The notes beneath the pieces were generated by a model that made no database searches, was not told the origin of the DNA, and was given only the letters and a program-made list of their open reading frames with translations. Source: Pseudomonadota bacterium (lineage in GTDB: Bacteria; Bdellovibrionota_B; Oligoflexia; Oligoflexales; CAIMVM01). From it: DNA of 61,331 nt. Both the position numbers and the translations under genes were made by a program. The stretch is from assembly GCA_037142195.1 (NCBI GenBank), contig JBAXBA010000011.1:1-61331 (forward strand). Reading direction: 5' to 3'. Shown one piece after another: positions 8,228 to 17,120 of this stretch (its first letter is position 1; each line of letters begins with the position of its first letter).

Positions 8228-11200
8228 TTACCTAAAAGTGGTATTGGGACGCTCCCATGCTTTCAGCATCGCGCCTGCCATATTGGCAAGGGCCCTTTTT
8301 TCGCCCAAAAGAATTACATTCAGTTCCAGGCGCCAACTGGCTTCTTTCTCGCTTTTATCAAACTCTTTAATTCTCACTAGATTTAAACCCCAACAATCGG
8401 AAGTCGACAAGTACTCGAAACCCAAGGTGGTGGAATATTTAAAATCGGGCTCGTTTTGAGTGACTTTTTTTGCATATTTCCAAACTGCATTGAGCTGTTT
8501 CATGATGAGCGCCTGAGTTCCGACACTCCGTGTCCTAGTGTCAAGGGCGGAAAACCGCCCGTTACTGTCCACAATAGGTTTTTTTTCCAGTTCGTAACCT
8601 AAAGAAAGACCTGTATTGGCAAAGGGACTGAGACTGAGTCCATAAGTCGATTTCGATAGAAAATTTCGATAAAGATTCCAAGTGGAAACATGGGACAAAC
8701 CAATCGAGTAAATCCCCATCCCTGCTTCTGTCACAAGCTCGGACCAGGGCTCTGGCAAATCAGGGACGTTAATAGGCGACTGGCCTTTATTTGTAATTTC
8801 GGCATTAGCCTTACGAAGAGCTTCTACAGTAGCTCGCAATTCCTCACGCTTTCTAGCTTTAACCCGGTCATAACTCACCCGATTGACCAGAGACATGTTA
8901 AAAGGTAGAGGTTGCTCACCATCCTTAGGTTCCCCATCGCTCCAGCCTTTTAAGTCCGCCTTAGCCCTTTCCTCAATGCTTTTCGCTCGGGAAGGCTGAA
9001 ACTCTCGATCCAATGTTTTCGTGAAAAAACTCCAAAAATTTATGGACTCAAAATTAATTTTTTCTTGTTTCGTTAAGAGATCATCAGTAGGGATTAGCAA
9101 ATTAGCTGACTCCACTCCTAAATCTGATGCGAACCAAGTCCAGCGATCCGTAGCTTTTACAATTTGTCCTGTATCCTTATCCGCGTAATCAAAGAGTTCC
9201 CCATAAATTCCTTCGCGCTCAGCAATAGGCCTGATGGACAAACTGGTATTCAAAGTAAAATCATGTTTCCATAGGTTGTCCCCGACCAACACCTGACCCT
9301 TCACGGGGAGCCTGGACAAAATGCCAAATTTTGCGGTTTTAATCTGGGAAGTCTTTTCAGGAAGATCAGGATGTACAAAGGAGCGGCCCTCCAAATCTAA
9401 AAACAAGGACGTCTGGAGCTCATCAACGATGTTTAAGGGAGCTATAGTATTTATCTGATAGACATCCCTTCGTCCCCCTCCTAACAAATCCGTCTTATCA
9501 ACCAATTCCCTGGAATCTCTATCGTAAATTTGTCGGCTTTCCAGGGCTGCCGATGCATAAATGCCAGAGTTTCCAAGGCTGTAGTAGCGGCTTCTATATT
9601 TTGCAGCGACAGGAGTTTGCTTGCCCGTCCAATATCCCCCGCTTAATTGATGGTCACTGTAGCTTCCGAAAAGACTAAAATAGAAGTTTTGTTGGTCTAG
9701 ATTTAAGCGATAACGAGAGGTGGCAAAGCTTCTAAATGGCACTCCAGCAATGGCCTCTGTAAATCCCTTAGAGACCTCCAAGTCTTCTAAATAACGATGG
9801 TCTGAAAAGATTTCGCCATTAGTCACAAAAGACAATCTGGGAGTTAAATAACGAGTAGCTCCCCAAACGGCTTTTCCTCGCCATTCATTTTCTGGAGTCA
9901 CGAGAGAGGTACTCAATTCTTTTTCTAAGCATTCCTTGGCTTCGTCAAGCGTGGGATAGATGGCACAAGCACCTTTTTGACGTTGCCCTTCCCAATAGGA
10001 GCGATTGCTCAAACGCGCAAATTGTTCATCTTGGCTCCCTGGAACTATCACGTCGTCAGCACTTTTTAGAACTGCTGCATTTAAGCCTTGGCGATACAGA
10101 GCCCTTTCTTCCGTTCGAGCGCCAGCTTCTTTCAGCCAGATGCGGTCCCGTATGCCCTCACCTTCAAAATGAAATTTAAAGCTTTCAGAAAATCGATACT
10201 CGGACTCAACTCCTAACCTAAATCCACGCTTTTCTAAAAGTTCAGGACTAAAAGTGATATCACTTTGCTCAGAAAACCGCATATATGCAGGTAGCCCAAT
10301 CACAAATCCTGTAGAACTTTGAGAAGCGAAGGTAGGAACCAGAAAACCTGATTGGGGGGTGTTTTTAAGGGGAAGTCTTAAAAAGGGCGCATAAAGTATG
10401 GGAATTCCCCCAATTTTAATGACGGGATTATAGAAATCCAGGTAACCTTGCATCTGTGCTTCTACATTCCCGGACTGAATGGACCATGCTGGACTCTCAC
10501 CCTCTTCGCAACGACACGGGCTCCAAGAAACGGCTTGGGAGGAATAATCATTTCCTTGGCGCCGCGTTATAGTTGCGCCCGAAAGTCTAAAATATCCCAC
10601 AGCTTCACCACCCGCGAGATTCTGCTCTTGTTTTGCCTTATCCCAAAGCTCCCTTCGGCGCAAAAAAACTTTTCGTTGACTCGGTGGTCTATTCACAATC
10701 CATGGGTTCGGCTGAGTAGAAATCGAGTCAATTTGGGAGAGTATCTTTATATAGGCTTCTATCCGAAAGGTTTGCGATTTCTCCTCTGCATCCAAGTGGC
10801 TATAATCGTCCAAAAAACGGCGACGTTCTGATTCTAAATCACCCAGCTTCTTAGCCCGAGCAGCCTCAAATTCTATCTCATTAAACGTCAGACCTAACAA
10901 GTCATCGACAATCTTTCTTGTGTAATTGATTTCCTTAGCAACTAAAACCGCGTTTTTTATCGTAATGTTCTGAGATTCCATCTCAAATTCCAAATCTTCC
11001 CCAATAAAAACCTGGTCACCAGAAATTAAGATCGTATGTCCGCTCGCATTTATATGACCAGTTTCACTATTGTGGGTAATTTTGTCCGCAGAAATTAAGG
11101 TTCCCGGCGCAATGGCAACGACATTTCCTTCAAATATTTTGATTTTTGAATCTTTTGTAAAAGACGTTGAATCTGCATCAAAATAGAACGTCTTTTTAAG

Positions 11201-11248
11201 GTTGTCTCCAAAAAGACTTGAACTCCATAGTAGGAAAGTCAATGTCAT
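8228..11248 (-). CDS. lptD: LPS assembly protein LptD
   Basis: N-terminal OstA-like region (EGNV...ADKI), SPC...PAW, PILYAPF...PQSGFLVP, GLPAY, SDHRYLED and C-terminal SDCW. Start placed at the signal-peptide Met (ORF track start is 11308). Confidence 0.85.
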   Translation of the reverse strand: MTLTFLLWSSSLFGDNLKKTFYFDADSTSFTKDSKIKIFEGNVVAIAPGTLISADKITHNSETGHINASGHTILISGDQVFIGEDLEFEMESQNITIKNAVLVAKEINYTRKIVDDLLGLTFNEIEFEAARAKKLGDLESERRRFLDDYSHLDAEEKSQTFRIEAYIKILSQIDSISTQPNPWIVNRPPSQRKVFLRRRELWDKAKQEQNLAGGEAVGYFRLSGATITRRQGNDYSSQAVSWSPCRCEEGESPAWSIQSGNVEAQMQGYLDFYNPVIKIGGIPILYAPFLRLPLKNTPQSGFLVPTFASQSSTGFVIGLPAYMRFSEQSDITFSPELLEKRGFRLGVESEYRFSESFKFHFEGEGIRDRIWLKEAGARTEERALYRQGLNAAVLKSADDVIVPGSQDEQFARLSNRSYWEGQRQKGACAIYPTLDEAKECLEKELSTSLVTPENEWRGKAVWGATRYLTPRLSFVTNGEIFSDHRYLEDLEVSKGFTEAIAGVPFRSFATSRYRLNLDQQNFYFSLFGSYSDHQLSGGYWTGKQTPVAAKYRSRYYSLGNSGIYASAALESRQIYDRDSRELVDKTDLLGGGRRDVYQINTIAPLNIVDELQTSLFLDLEGRSFVHPDLPEKTSQIKTAKFGILSRLPVKGQVLVGDNLWKHDFTLNTSLSIRPIAEREGIYGELFDYADKDTGQIVKATDRWTWFASDLGVESANLLIPTDDLLTKQEKINFESINFWSFFTKTLDREFQPSRAKSIEERAKADLKGWSDGEPKDGEQPLPFNMSLVNRVSYDRVKARKREELRATVEALRKANAEITNKGQSPINVPDLPEPWSELVTEAGMGIYSIGLSHVSTWNLYRNFLSKSTYGLSLSPFANTGLSLGYELEKKPIVDSNGRFSALDTRTRSVGTQALIMKQLNAVWKYAKKVTQNEPDFKYSTTLGFEYLSTSDCWGLNLVRIKEFDKSEKEASWRLELNVILLGEKRALANMAGAMLKAWERPNTTFR

Positions 11249-12464
11249 AAATATCTTTTGCACCAAAAAACTCCATAGCCGCCGCAACCGCAGTAAATGA
11301 TCCGCCAATAATCGCTGATCCTCGGCCGCTTAGCCTAAAACTCCAACAGTTCCAAAGATCTTGGAAACTATCATACCACTCAATCTGACCTGGCCACAAA
11401 GAAGAAAGTTCTGATTTTGATTTAATGGAACGGGGAGAAGCTGTTCTAAAAAAAACCAGAGGTTCATGAAAGCTTGCAAACTCATCCAGAATGCCTGCGA
11501 CATCTTTATCCCGTAGAACGGAAACAAAAACGGGTACGCGCTTTGCGCCGTAGCGTCGAACAAATTCAAATTTTAGGGCCTTGATGCCCGCGGGATTATG
11601 GGAAATATCACAAAATAAAGAAGACTCATGAAAGAGTATCTCGGTAGTTCTCCCTGCCAAACTCGGGGGCAAAAAGCTCCCTAAATCCCCTTCTACTTTC
11701 CCTGGAATGCCCATAGCTTTAAGTATCAGCTCGGCGCCCTGCAGCCCAAGCCTCGCATTTGCAGAAAAAGTAAGACCTCGAGCCTCTACCCAGGTCGGAA
11801 GAGAACGATGGCGTGAAGCATGGTGGACTTGAGCCTCGGTGCTCTCAGCCAAATGGTCAAATCCATGAATAGAAAATCCTTCCCCTAAAAGTAAAGGGCG
11901 ATGGGGGCGAGCTATTCCCAGTTTTTCCTTCGCAATATCCTCTAGGGTCGGACCAAGCCACTCCATATGATCTAAATCGATGGAAGTAACAATAGATACT
12001 AAGGGTGATAAGACATTCGTAGCATCCAGCCTCCCCCCAAGTCCCACCTCAATGATTAAAACATCACAACTTTTGGCTTCAAAATAGGAGAGCGCCAAAA
12101 GGGTTGTCGCTTCAAAAAAAGTCAGCTGATCCCAATTGAGCGCCTGCAATTTGGTTTCTATATCGTTATAGAAAGACGCGAGTTCTTCCATCGTCGTCTT
12201 ATGGTCAGAAACCACGATGCGTTCTGCAAAAGACAAAAGATGGGGTGATGTATAGAGCCCAACCTTAAAGCCCCTATTACTTAGTGCAATAGAAGCTACA
12301 GCTGCTGTACTACCCTTGCCATTAGTACCCCCAACTAACATCACGGGAATCGTAGACGACGGACTGCCTAGAAACTCATAAGCAGCCACCATGCGGTCCA
12401 GTCCCAGCGAGATATGGGAGGGCTGTTTAGAGAAAATCTTTTCCAAAAATGTTTGGTCTGTCAC
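11196..12464 (-). CDS. folC: Bifunctional folylpolyglutamate/dihydrofolate synthase
   Basis: VGGTNGKGS, YTSPHL, EVGLGGRLDATN, DISHNP. Confidence 0.95.
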   Translation of the reverse strand: MTDQTFLEKIFSKQPSHISLGLDRMVAAYEFLGSPSSTIPVMLVGGTNGKGSTAAVASIALSNRGFKVGLYTSPHLLSFAERIVVSDHKTTMEELASFYNDIETKLQALNWDQLTFFEATTLLALSYFEAKSCDVLIIEVGLGGRLDATNVLSPLVSIVTSIDLDHMEWLGPTLEDIAKEKLGIARPHRPLLLGEGFSIHGFDHLAESTEAQVHHASRHRSLPTWVEARGLTFSANARLGLQGAELILKAMGIPGKVEGDLGSFLPPSLAGRTTEILFHESSLFCDISHNPAGIKALKFEFVRRYGAKRVPVFVSVLRDKDVAGILDEFASFHEPLVFFRTASPRSIKSKSELSSLWPGQIEWYDSFQDLWNCWSFRLSGRGSAIIGGSFTAVAAAMEFFGAKDIYDIDFPTMEFKSFWRQP

Positions 12465-12504
12465 AATTCAATCTTCTAAAATAGCGACTCAGCCGGAGCT
12501 CTAG

Positions 12505-13353
12505 TCAAGAGTGTTTATGAGTGATCATCCTGAGAATTTGGCTGATTTTTCCGCGCATGGAATCGCGATGTAAAATCAAATCCAGCATGCCATGCTCCAT
12601 GAGAAACTCAGAACGCTGAAACCCTTCGGGGAGCTCTTGGCCGATAGTCTGCCTAATCACACGAGGCCCAGCAAAGCCAATCAGCGCGCCTGGCTCTGCA
12701 ACATTAATATCCCCTAGCATAGCATAACTCGCTGCAACACCTCCCGTGGTGGGATGAGTCATGACCGAGATCATCGGCACACCTTTATCCCGCATCAAGG
12801 ACAACGCGGCACAAGTCTTGGCCATCTGCATCAATGAAACAATACCTTCTTGCATTCTAGCGCCACCTGAACTTGAAAAAATAATTGCAGGCTGATTCTT
12901 CGCCACAGCTCGAGCAAAGGCCCGAGAAATCTTTTCACCTACGACCGCTCCCATAGAGCCGCCCATAAACCTAAAATCCATGGCTGCCACTTGAACAGGG
13001 ATTCCCTCTAAAAGGCCTTCTCCAGAAATTAAAGCATCATTGATCCCCAAATGTTTCTGGGTAGCTTTCAATCTTTCCTTGTAAGGCTTGGTATCACTAA
13101 AACTTAAAGGGTCGGTGCTCACGAGATTGGCGTCCCACTCCACGAAGGAATCAGGATCCAAAAAGAATTTAAGACGTGTCAATGCTGCGATGGGATAGTG
13201 ATATTCACAAAGAGTACAAACGCACTGATTCGCCTCAAAATCTTTTCTGTAAATGACCCCTTTGCAGTTGTTACACTTAAGCCAAAGGCCATCCGGTGCG
13301 CCTAATTTCTGACTTTTATTGAGAGGTGCCTTTTGTATGCTGTTCCAGGCCAC
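12505..13353 (-). CDS. accD: Acetyl-CoA carboxylase carboxyltransferase beta subunit
   Basis: Zn finger CxxC...CxxC, FMGGSMG, SGGARMQEG, GFAGPRVI; AGGAGG RBS before the GTG start. Confidence 0.97.
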   Translation of the reverse strand: MAWNSIQKAPLNKSQKLGAPDGLWLKCNNCKGVIYRKDFEANQCVCTLCEYHYPIAALTRLKFFLDPDSFVEWDANLVSTDPLSFSDTKPYKERLKATQKHLGINDALISGEGLLEGIPVQVAAMDFRFMGGSMGAVVGEKISRAFARAVAKNQPAIIFSSSGGARMQEGIVSLMQMAKTCAALSLMRDKGVPMISVMTHPTTGGVAASYAMLGDINVAEPGALIGFAGPRVIRQTIGQELPEGFQRSEFLMEHGMLDLILHRDSMRGKISQILRMITHKHS

Positions 13354-13634
13354 TAAAGCCTCCTAAAATAAATGGCAATTCCCTGTAAGATTTATCAAAT
13401 GCACCGTTTTTAGTCAATCATCTAAAATTCTTTTCCCAAAAAAATCAATGACTAAGAGAATTTTTTACTTGCGAAAAAAAAAGGGCCTGCTAATATGACT
13501 CTTATCAAGCACAAAAATAAATAGTCACTCAGTACTTCATCTAGTTGAGAAGGAGTAAGGAAATCCAAATTAGCTGCCACGGCTGGCGGCTTCGCATTTA
13601 AAACATGCGGATATCCACGAAAGGAGAATTGAGG

Positions 13635-14003
13635 ATGGGTTGCATCAAGTGTCCGCACCATGTGCGCGAGGGACAGTTTTCAGCTGGGACGCAAACTTTA
13701 GAATTTAAAGATCTTTGCGGACTTCTCATGAAGAGAACTCAGGATCCGGATGTCATCAAAATGAAACCTCGAGGTAGAGGGAGACCCGCTCAAAATCAAG
13801 AGCGGCTGCCAAGACTACCTGAAGGTACAGCCACGGAATGCTCTAATTTTCCATTTGGCGAAAAATTCGACTATTTTTCATGCACGACTTACCGAGATAC
13901 TTTTAAAACAAAAGGACTCAGAAACGGCGTACAGCCATCTTTAGATATGGCGGCTGTGGAGCACTTTACGGTAGGCGGCCTTACTGATATGGAACTACTT
14001 TAA
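13635..14003 (+). CDS. Small Cys-rich protein with an AT-hook-like motif
   Basis: AAGGAG and GAGG precede ATG 13635. CxxCxHH at the N terminus, three further Cys, and KPRGRGRP. Confidence 0.65.
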   Translation: MGCIKCPHHVREGQFSAGTQTLEFKDLCGLLMKRTQDPDVIKMKPRGRGRPAQNQERLPRLPEGTATECSNFPFGEKFDYFSCTTYRDTFKTKGLRNGVQPSLDMAAVEHFTVGGLTDMELL

Positions 14004-14014
14004 TCCCACAACGT

Positions 14015-14656
14015 TTAAAGTGAGATTCCGTAGCTGATATTGACTTCTCTTTCAAATGGCTCCTTTTTAGGAAACATATAAAAATTGAAGTTATATTGAG
14101 CTAAGGCAAACATTTTCGGCCCTAGCCTAACACCTAAACCGGCTCCCGCAAATGGTTTGTAAATTGGGTCAGGGTTGAGACTCTTCAACAAAACATCTTC
14201 CTCATAAGCCTTAACTAGACGCTGAGTAGCAGCTACACCCACGGTGGTTCTTACGATAAAAATCCAAAAACTTGGATTTATGTCTAAGCCCACCTTTGCT
14301 TTATTTTGGGTTTCAAGAAGCTTGGTTTCCTTGCCTGAAGTTCTAGTATCCAAATCCTTCTCAAAATCAATCTGACCAAACTGATCCACAATCTGACTTT
14401 GAGTAGTAGTCGTTGTTTGTTTCGATTGACCCACTGCACCATAGAGGGAAAAGAAAGAACCCAACTTAATTCCAGCCTTCAATCCCCCTTCTTTTCTCTC
14501 GGAAATCGTTTCGGATTCCGTTCCTTTCGCACGATTGGGCTTGATGCTCTTCGTGGAAGCAATGCTTAAATAGGGTTCAAATATGATCCCAGCTTTTGCC
14601 AGCTGAGATAGACTTAGTGCTACAAACAAAATTAAAATATTCGACATCCGCTTCAT
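14015..14656 (-). CDS. Small outer-membrane beta-barrel protein
   Basis: Signal peptide; amphipathic strands KPFAGAGLGVRL and VNISYGISL at the C terminus. Confidence 0.75.
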   Translation of the reverse strand: MKRMSNILILFVALSLSQLAKAGIIFEPYLSIASTKSIKPNRAKGTESETISERKEGGLKAGIKLGSFFSLYGAVGQSKQTTTTTQSQIVDQFGQIDFEKDLDTRTSGKETKLLETQNKAKVGLDINPSFWIFIVRTTVGVAATQRLVKAYEEDVLLKSLNPDPIYKPFAGAGLGVRLGPKMFALAQYNFNFYMFPKKEPFEREVNISYGISL

Positions 14657-14682
14657 ACAGTCTCCTAGGAGTTTCTACCGAT

Positions 14683-14710
14683 CCATCGGCAGCCTGGGAT
14701 GCAATCCTTA
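14683..14710 (-). promoter_or_regulatory. Putative sigma28 (FliA)-type promoter
   Basis: TAAG-N16-GCCGATGG, 26 bp upstream of the start at 14656. Confidence 0.5.
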
Positions 14711-15517
14711 GTAAAATTCACATTCTAAAAAACACTTAAAAAAATATCCTTTTTATAAATCAATAAGTTCCATCTGAAAAATAAGTTGTTTTCACACGTT
14801 AAGTCCTTGTTTTTTTCGCCACCCGACTTTTCGAACATTTGGCTGCCGGCTTTCGCGAGTGATGCTCCTTGCGGAAGGAACAAATCTACCGTGGGCAGAT
14901 TGCCAAACATCTCTTTGACCTAGTGCCAGAACAGTTCTAAACCCTGGAAGAAAACGAGGATATAGGGACATTCACCTGCTAAAAAATGAGTGGTAAAACT
15001 TCACATCTAAGAAATCAGCTTCCACTTAAAAAACCAGGGACTTTGCATAATGGACATCCTACCTATCGGGACTGGACCATTTGCAAGAGATTGCTCCTTG
15101 TTAGTTAATTTTAGAACTCAATCACCAGCCTTTAAAGCAGGCATTTAGCTTGGTGAAAATCATGGACTTAGCCAGTAAGATGCCTGATGACAAACTGGCG
15201 GAGTCTGGCTATTTAGAGCTGATTTTACTTTTCATTCGTAAAATAGTTTCCAAAGCCCCGTTTCGGGACAAACGGAAACTTGGGTCTCTTGATATTCGGC
15301 GATTCACCTCCAAAAGGCCCTAAACTGAGGCAAAGCCCCTCCTCCTTTTAAGTCCAGAAATCCAGGAGCTCTAAAATGGCACCCCAATATCAAAGTTCTA
15401 AAGTGTACTAAGTCTAAGCGTATAATTGCAAAAATCGCCCTATAACTTTGATCTCGCGGAGTTTTTAATTTCCTTCTACAATCAAGATTCTTTCCTTCAC
15501 AATATATTTGGGGTCTC

Positions 15518-16612
15518 TTGAAAACTATTAAAACTATTTTACAGCCATATCCAGAGACCCGAGTCCAGTGGGTTGACAAGAGCCAAGGTACATTTTCGAT
15601 AAGAACCCCGTGGATTCTAGTTAGTGGTTCGGTTGATGAGGAACACTTGCACTCTATTGATCAAGCGCTTAATGCAATTAATAGCTTTGATACGTCCTTT
15701 AACCAGGAAATGTTGGCGAACTACTTCTTGGGCCAATTTTGCGAGTACCCAGTTTCCCATGTAAAGCCAAGAAAGCTGAATCAATATGTCGATGAAAAAC
15801 CAGCCCCACTGGATTGTGATGTCAGTCGCCTAGATGATTTTGCAAACCAAGCACTTAGATTTAAGACATTGATTTGGAATGTTGAAGATATTCTCCATTT
15901 ATCGCGACTGGAAGGTGAATCAGATCTTTATGATGGAATTAGTATTATCACAGCTATTCGGCGTTTACGGCTACTTTCCACAAGTTCCAATATTGGAATT
16001 CAGCAAAGCATTTCCCGTCTTTTGGAGGAAAAGAACAGCGACACAAAAGAATATATAGTTAAAATGCAGCGCTTATTAGAGCATTCCCTGTATATCACCC
16101 AAAATGCAGTTAATATTCTTCAAGAAAGTTTGGGACGTCACCGCCATGCAGATGAACTTCTTCAAAGTTTTATTTCATCGGAAACAGGGCACGACCTTCT
16201 CGTTCAAAAAAGCTTGAAAGTCTTCGGAGGACCTCGAAAAAATTGGAACAATGCCCTATTAGATGAGGTCAAAATGATTATGGACGTTTTAAGGTACGCT
16301 GGAAAAAGCAGCCTTTTGGCGTTATCCGCTCTTATTGAAGGTTTTGAGGGAGTCAAATACGACTCGGAACCTAATAATATTTGGAATATGCTCGATAATA
16401 TTCCGGGTTTTGCTAAAGCAAGCACAGGAGTGCGAGAACATCAGCGCATCAATGACCAGCATGATCATTCAAATATCTGCCTTGAGCTAGCTTCTGTGCT
16501 ACCGCCAATTACTAGGGAAGAAGCTGTCATTACAATCCTCCTCAGCGAAATTGCAGAGATTTTTAGACAGTCTCTATTTGAAAAGCTCTATAATTCTGTT
16601 GGTCGAGTATAA
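15518..16612 (+). CDS. Heme-oxygenase-like diiron (iron-containing redox) enzyme, putative
   Basis: Helical C-terminal half with ETGHD, IEGFEG and EHQRINDQHDH metal-ligand-like motifs. Confidence 0.6.
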   Translation: MKTIKTILQPYPETRVQWVDKSQGTFSIRTPWILVSGSVDEEHLHSIDQALNAINSFDTSFNQEMLANYFLGQFCEYPVSHVKPRKLNQYVDEKPAPLDCDVSRLDDFANQALRFKTLIWNVEDILHLSRLEGESDLYDGISIITAIRRLRLLSTSSNIGIQQSISRLLEEKNSDTKEYIVKMQRLLEHSLYITQNAVNILQESLGRHRHADELLQSFISSETGHDLLVQKSLKVFGGPRKNWNNALLDEVKMIMDVLRYAGKSSLLALSALIEGFEGVKYDSEPNNIWNMLDNIPGFAKASTGVREHQRINDQHDHSNICLELASVLPPITREEAVITILLSEIAEIFRQSLFEKLYNSVGRV

Positions 16613-16899
16613 CTGCAATAGGTTTCATCTGGAACTGAAGACGCCTTCGATTTGACAAAATAAGTTGGGCACTCGCTATCCGTAGCCTGAACCTTGCACT
16701 TCGTATAGTAGCAAGTTTGAGAATCCACAGTTCCAGAGTTTACAAATTCTTTTGTGCAAGTCTTAAAGCCTTTGGTTTCCTCATTTTCTTTGAGCGTACA
16801 AATATCATATGTCGGAGCAACCTTATCACTTGAATTTTTGTTGCATGAAACCAGAAAGCCAAGAATTGGGGCTAAGAAGTGCGATAGTTTAATAATCAA
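16588..16899 (-). CDS. Small Cys-rich lipoprotein
   Basis: GAGGAG before TTG 16899; lipobox LVSC; six further Cys. Confidence 0.7.
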   Translation of the reverse strand: MIIKLSHFLAPILGFLVSCNKNSSDKVAPTYDICTLKENEETKGFKTCTKEFVNSGTVDSQTCYYTKCKVQATDSECPTYFVKSKASSVPDETYCSYTRPTEL

Positions 16900-17066
16900 C
16901 CTGATCTCCTCACATTTACTACCAACTTTAGAACCTTTTAAAGTCATAAGCAAGAAGCAAGAAGCAGGAAGAAAAATCTAGGCTGCTTTTTAACGGACGG
17001 CTCCTAGGCATTTGAAGCCAGTCATTTAAAAAACTAGCAATGCTTCATTACTAAAATTTACAATAT

Positions 17067-17093
17067 AAAAAAGGACCTCTTAAAAGGTCCTTT
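17067..17093 (-). terminator. Intrinsic terminator after secDF
   Basis: Stem AAAGGACCT/AGGTCCTTT with a U-tract on the minus strand. Confidence 0.75.
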
Positions 17094-17120
17094 CTACAAA
17101 TCACAAATTACAGCCTATTA

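Noticed and set aside
13501..13620. SAM-I-like start CTTATCAAG
   Set aside because: The rest of the SAM-I core (GAGGGA, GCAACC, GGTGC, GATAAG) is absent.
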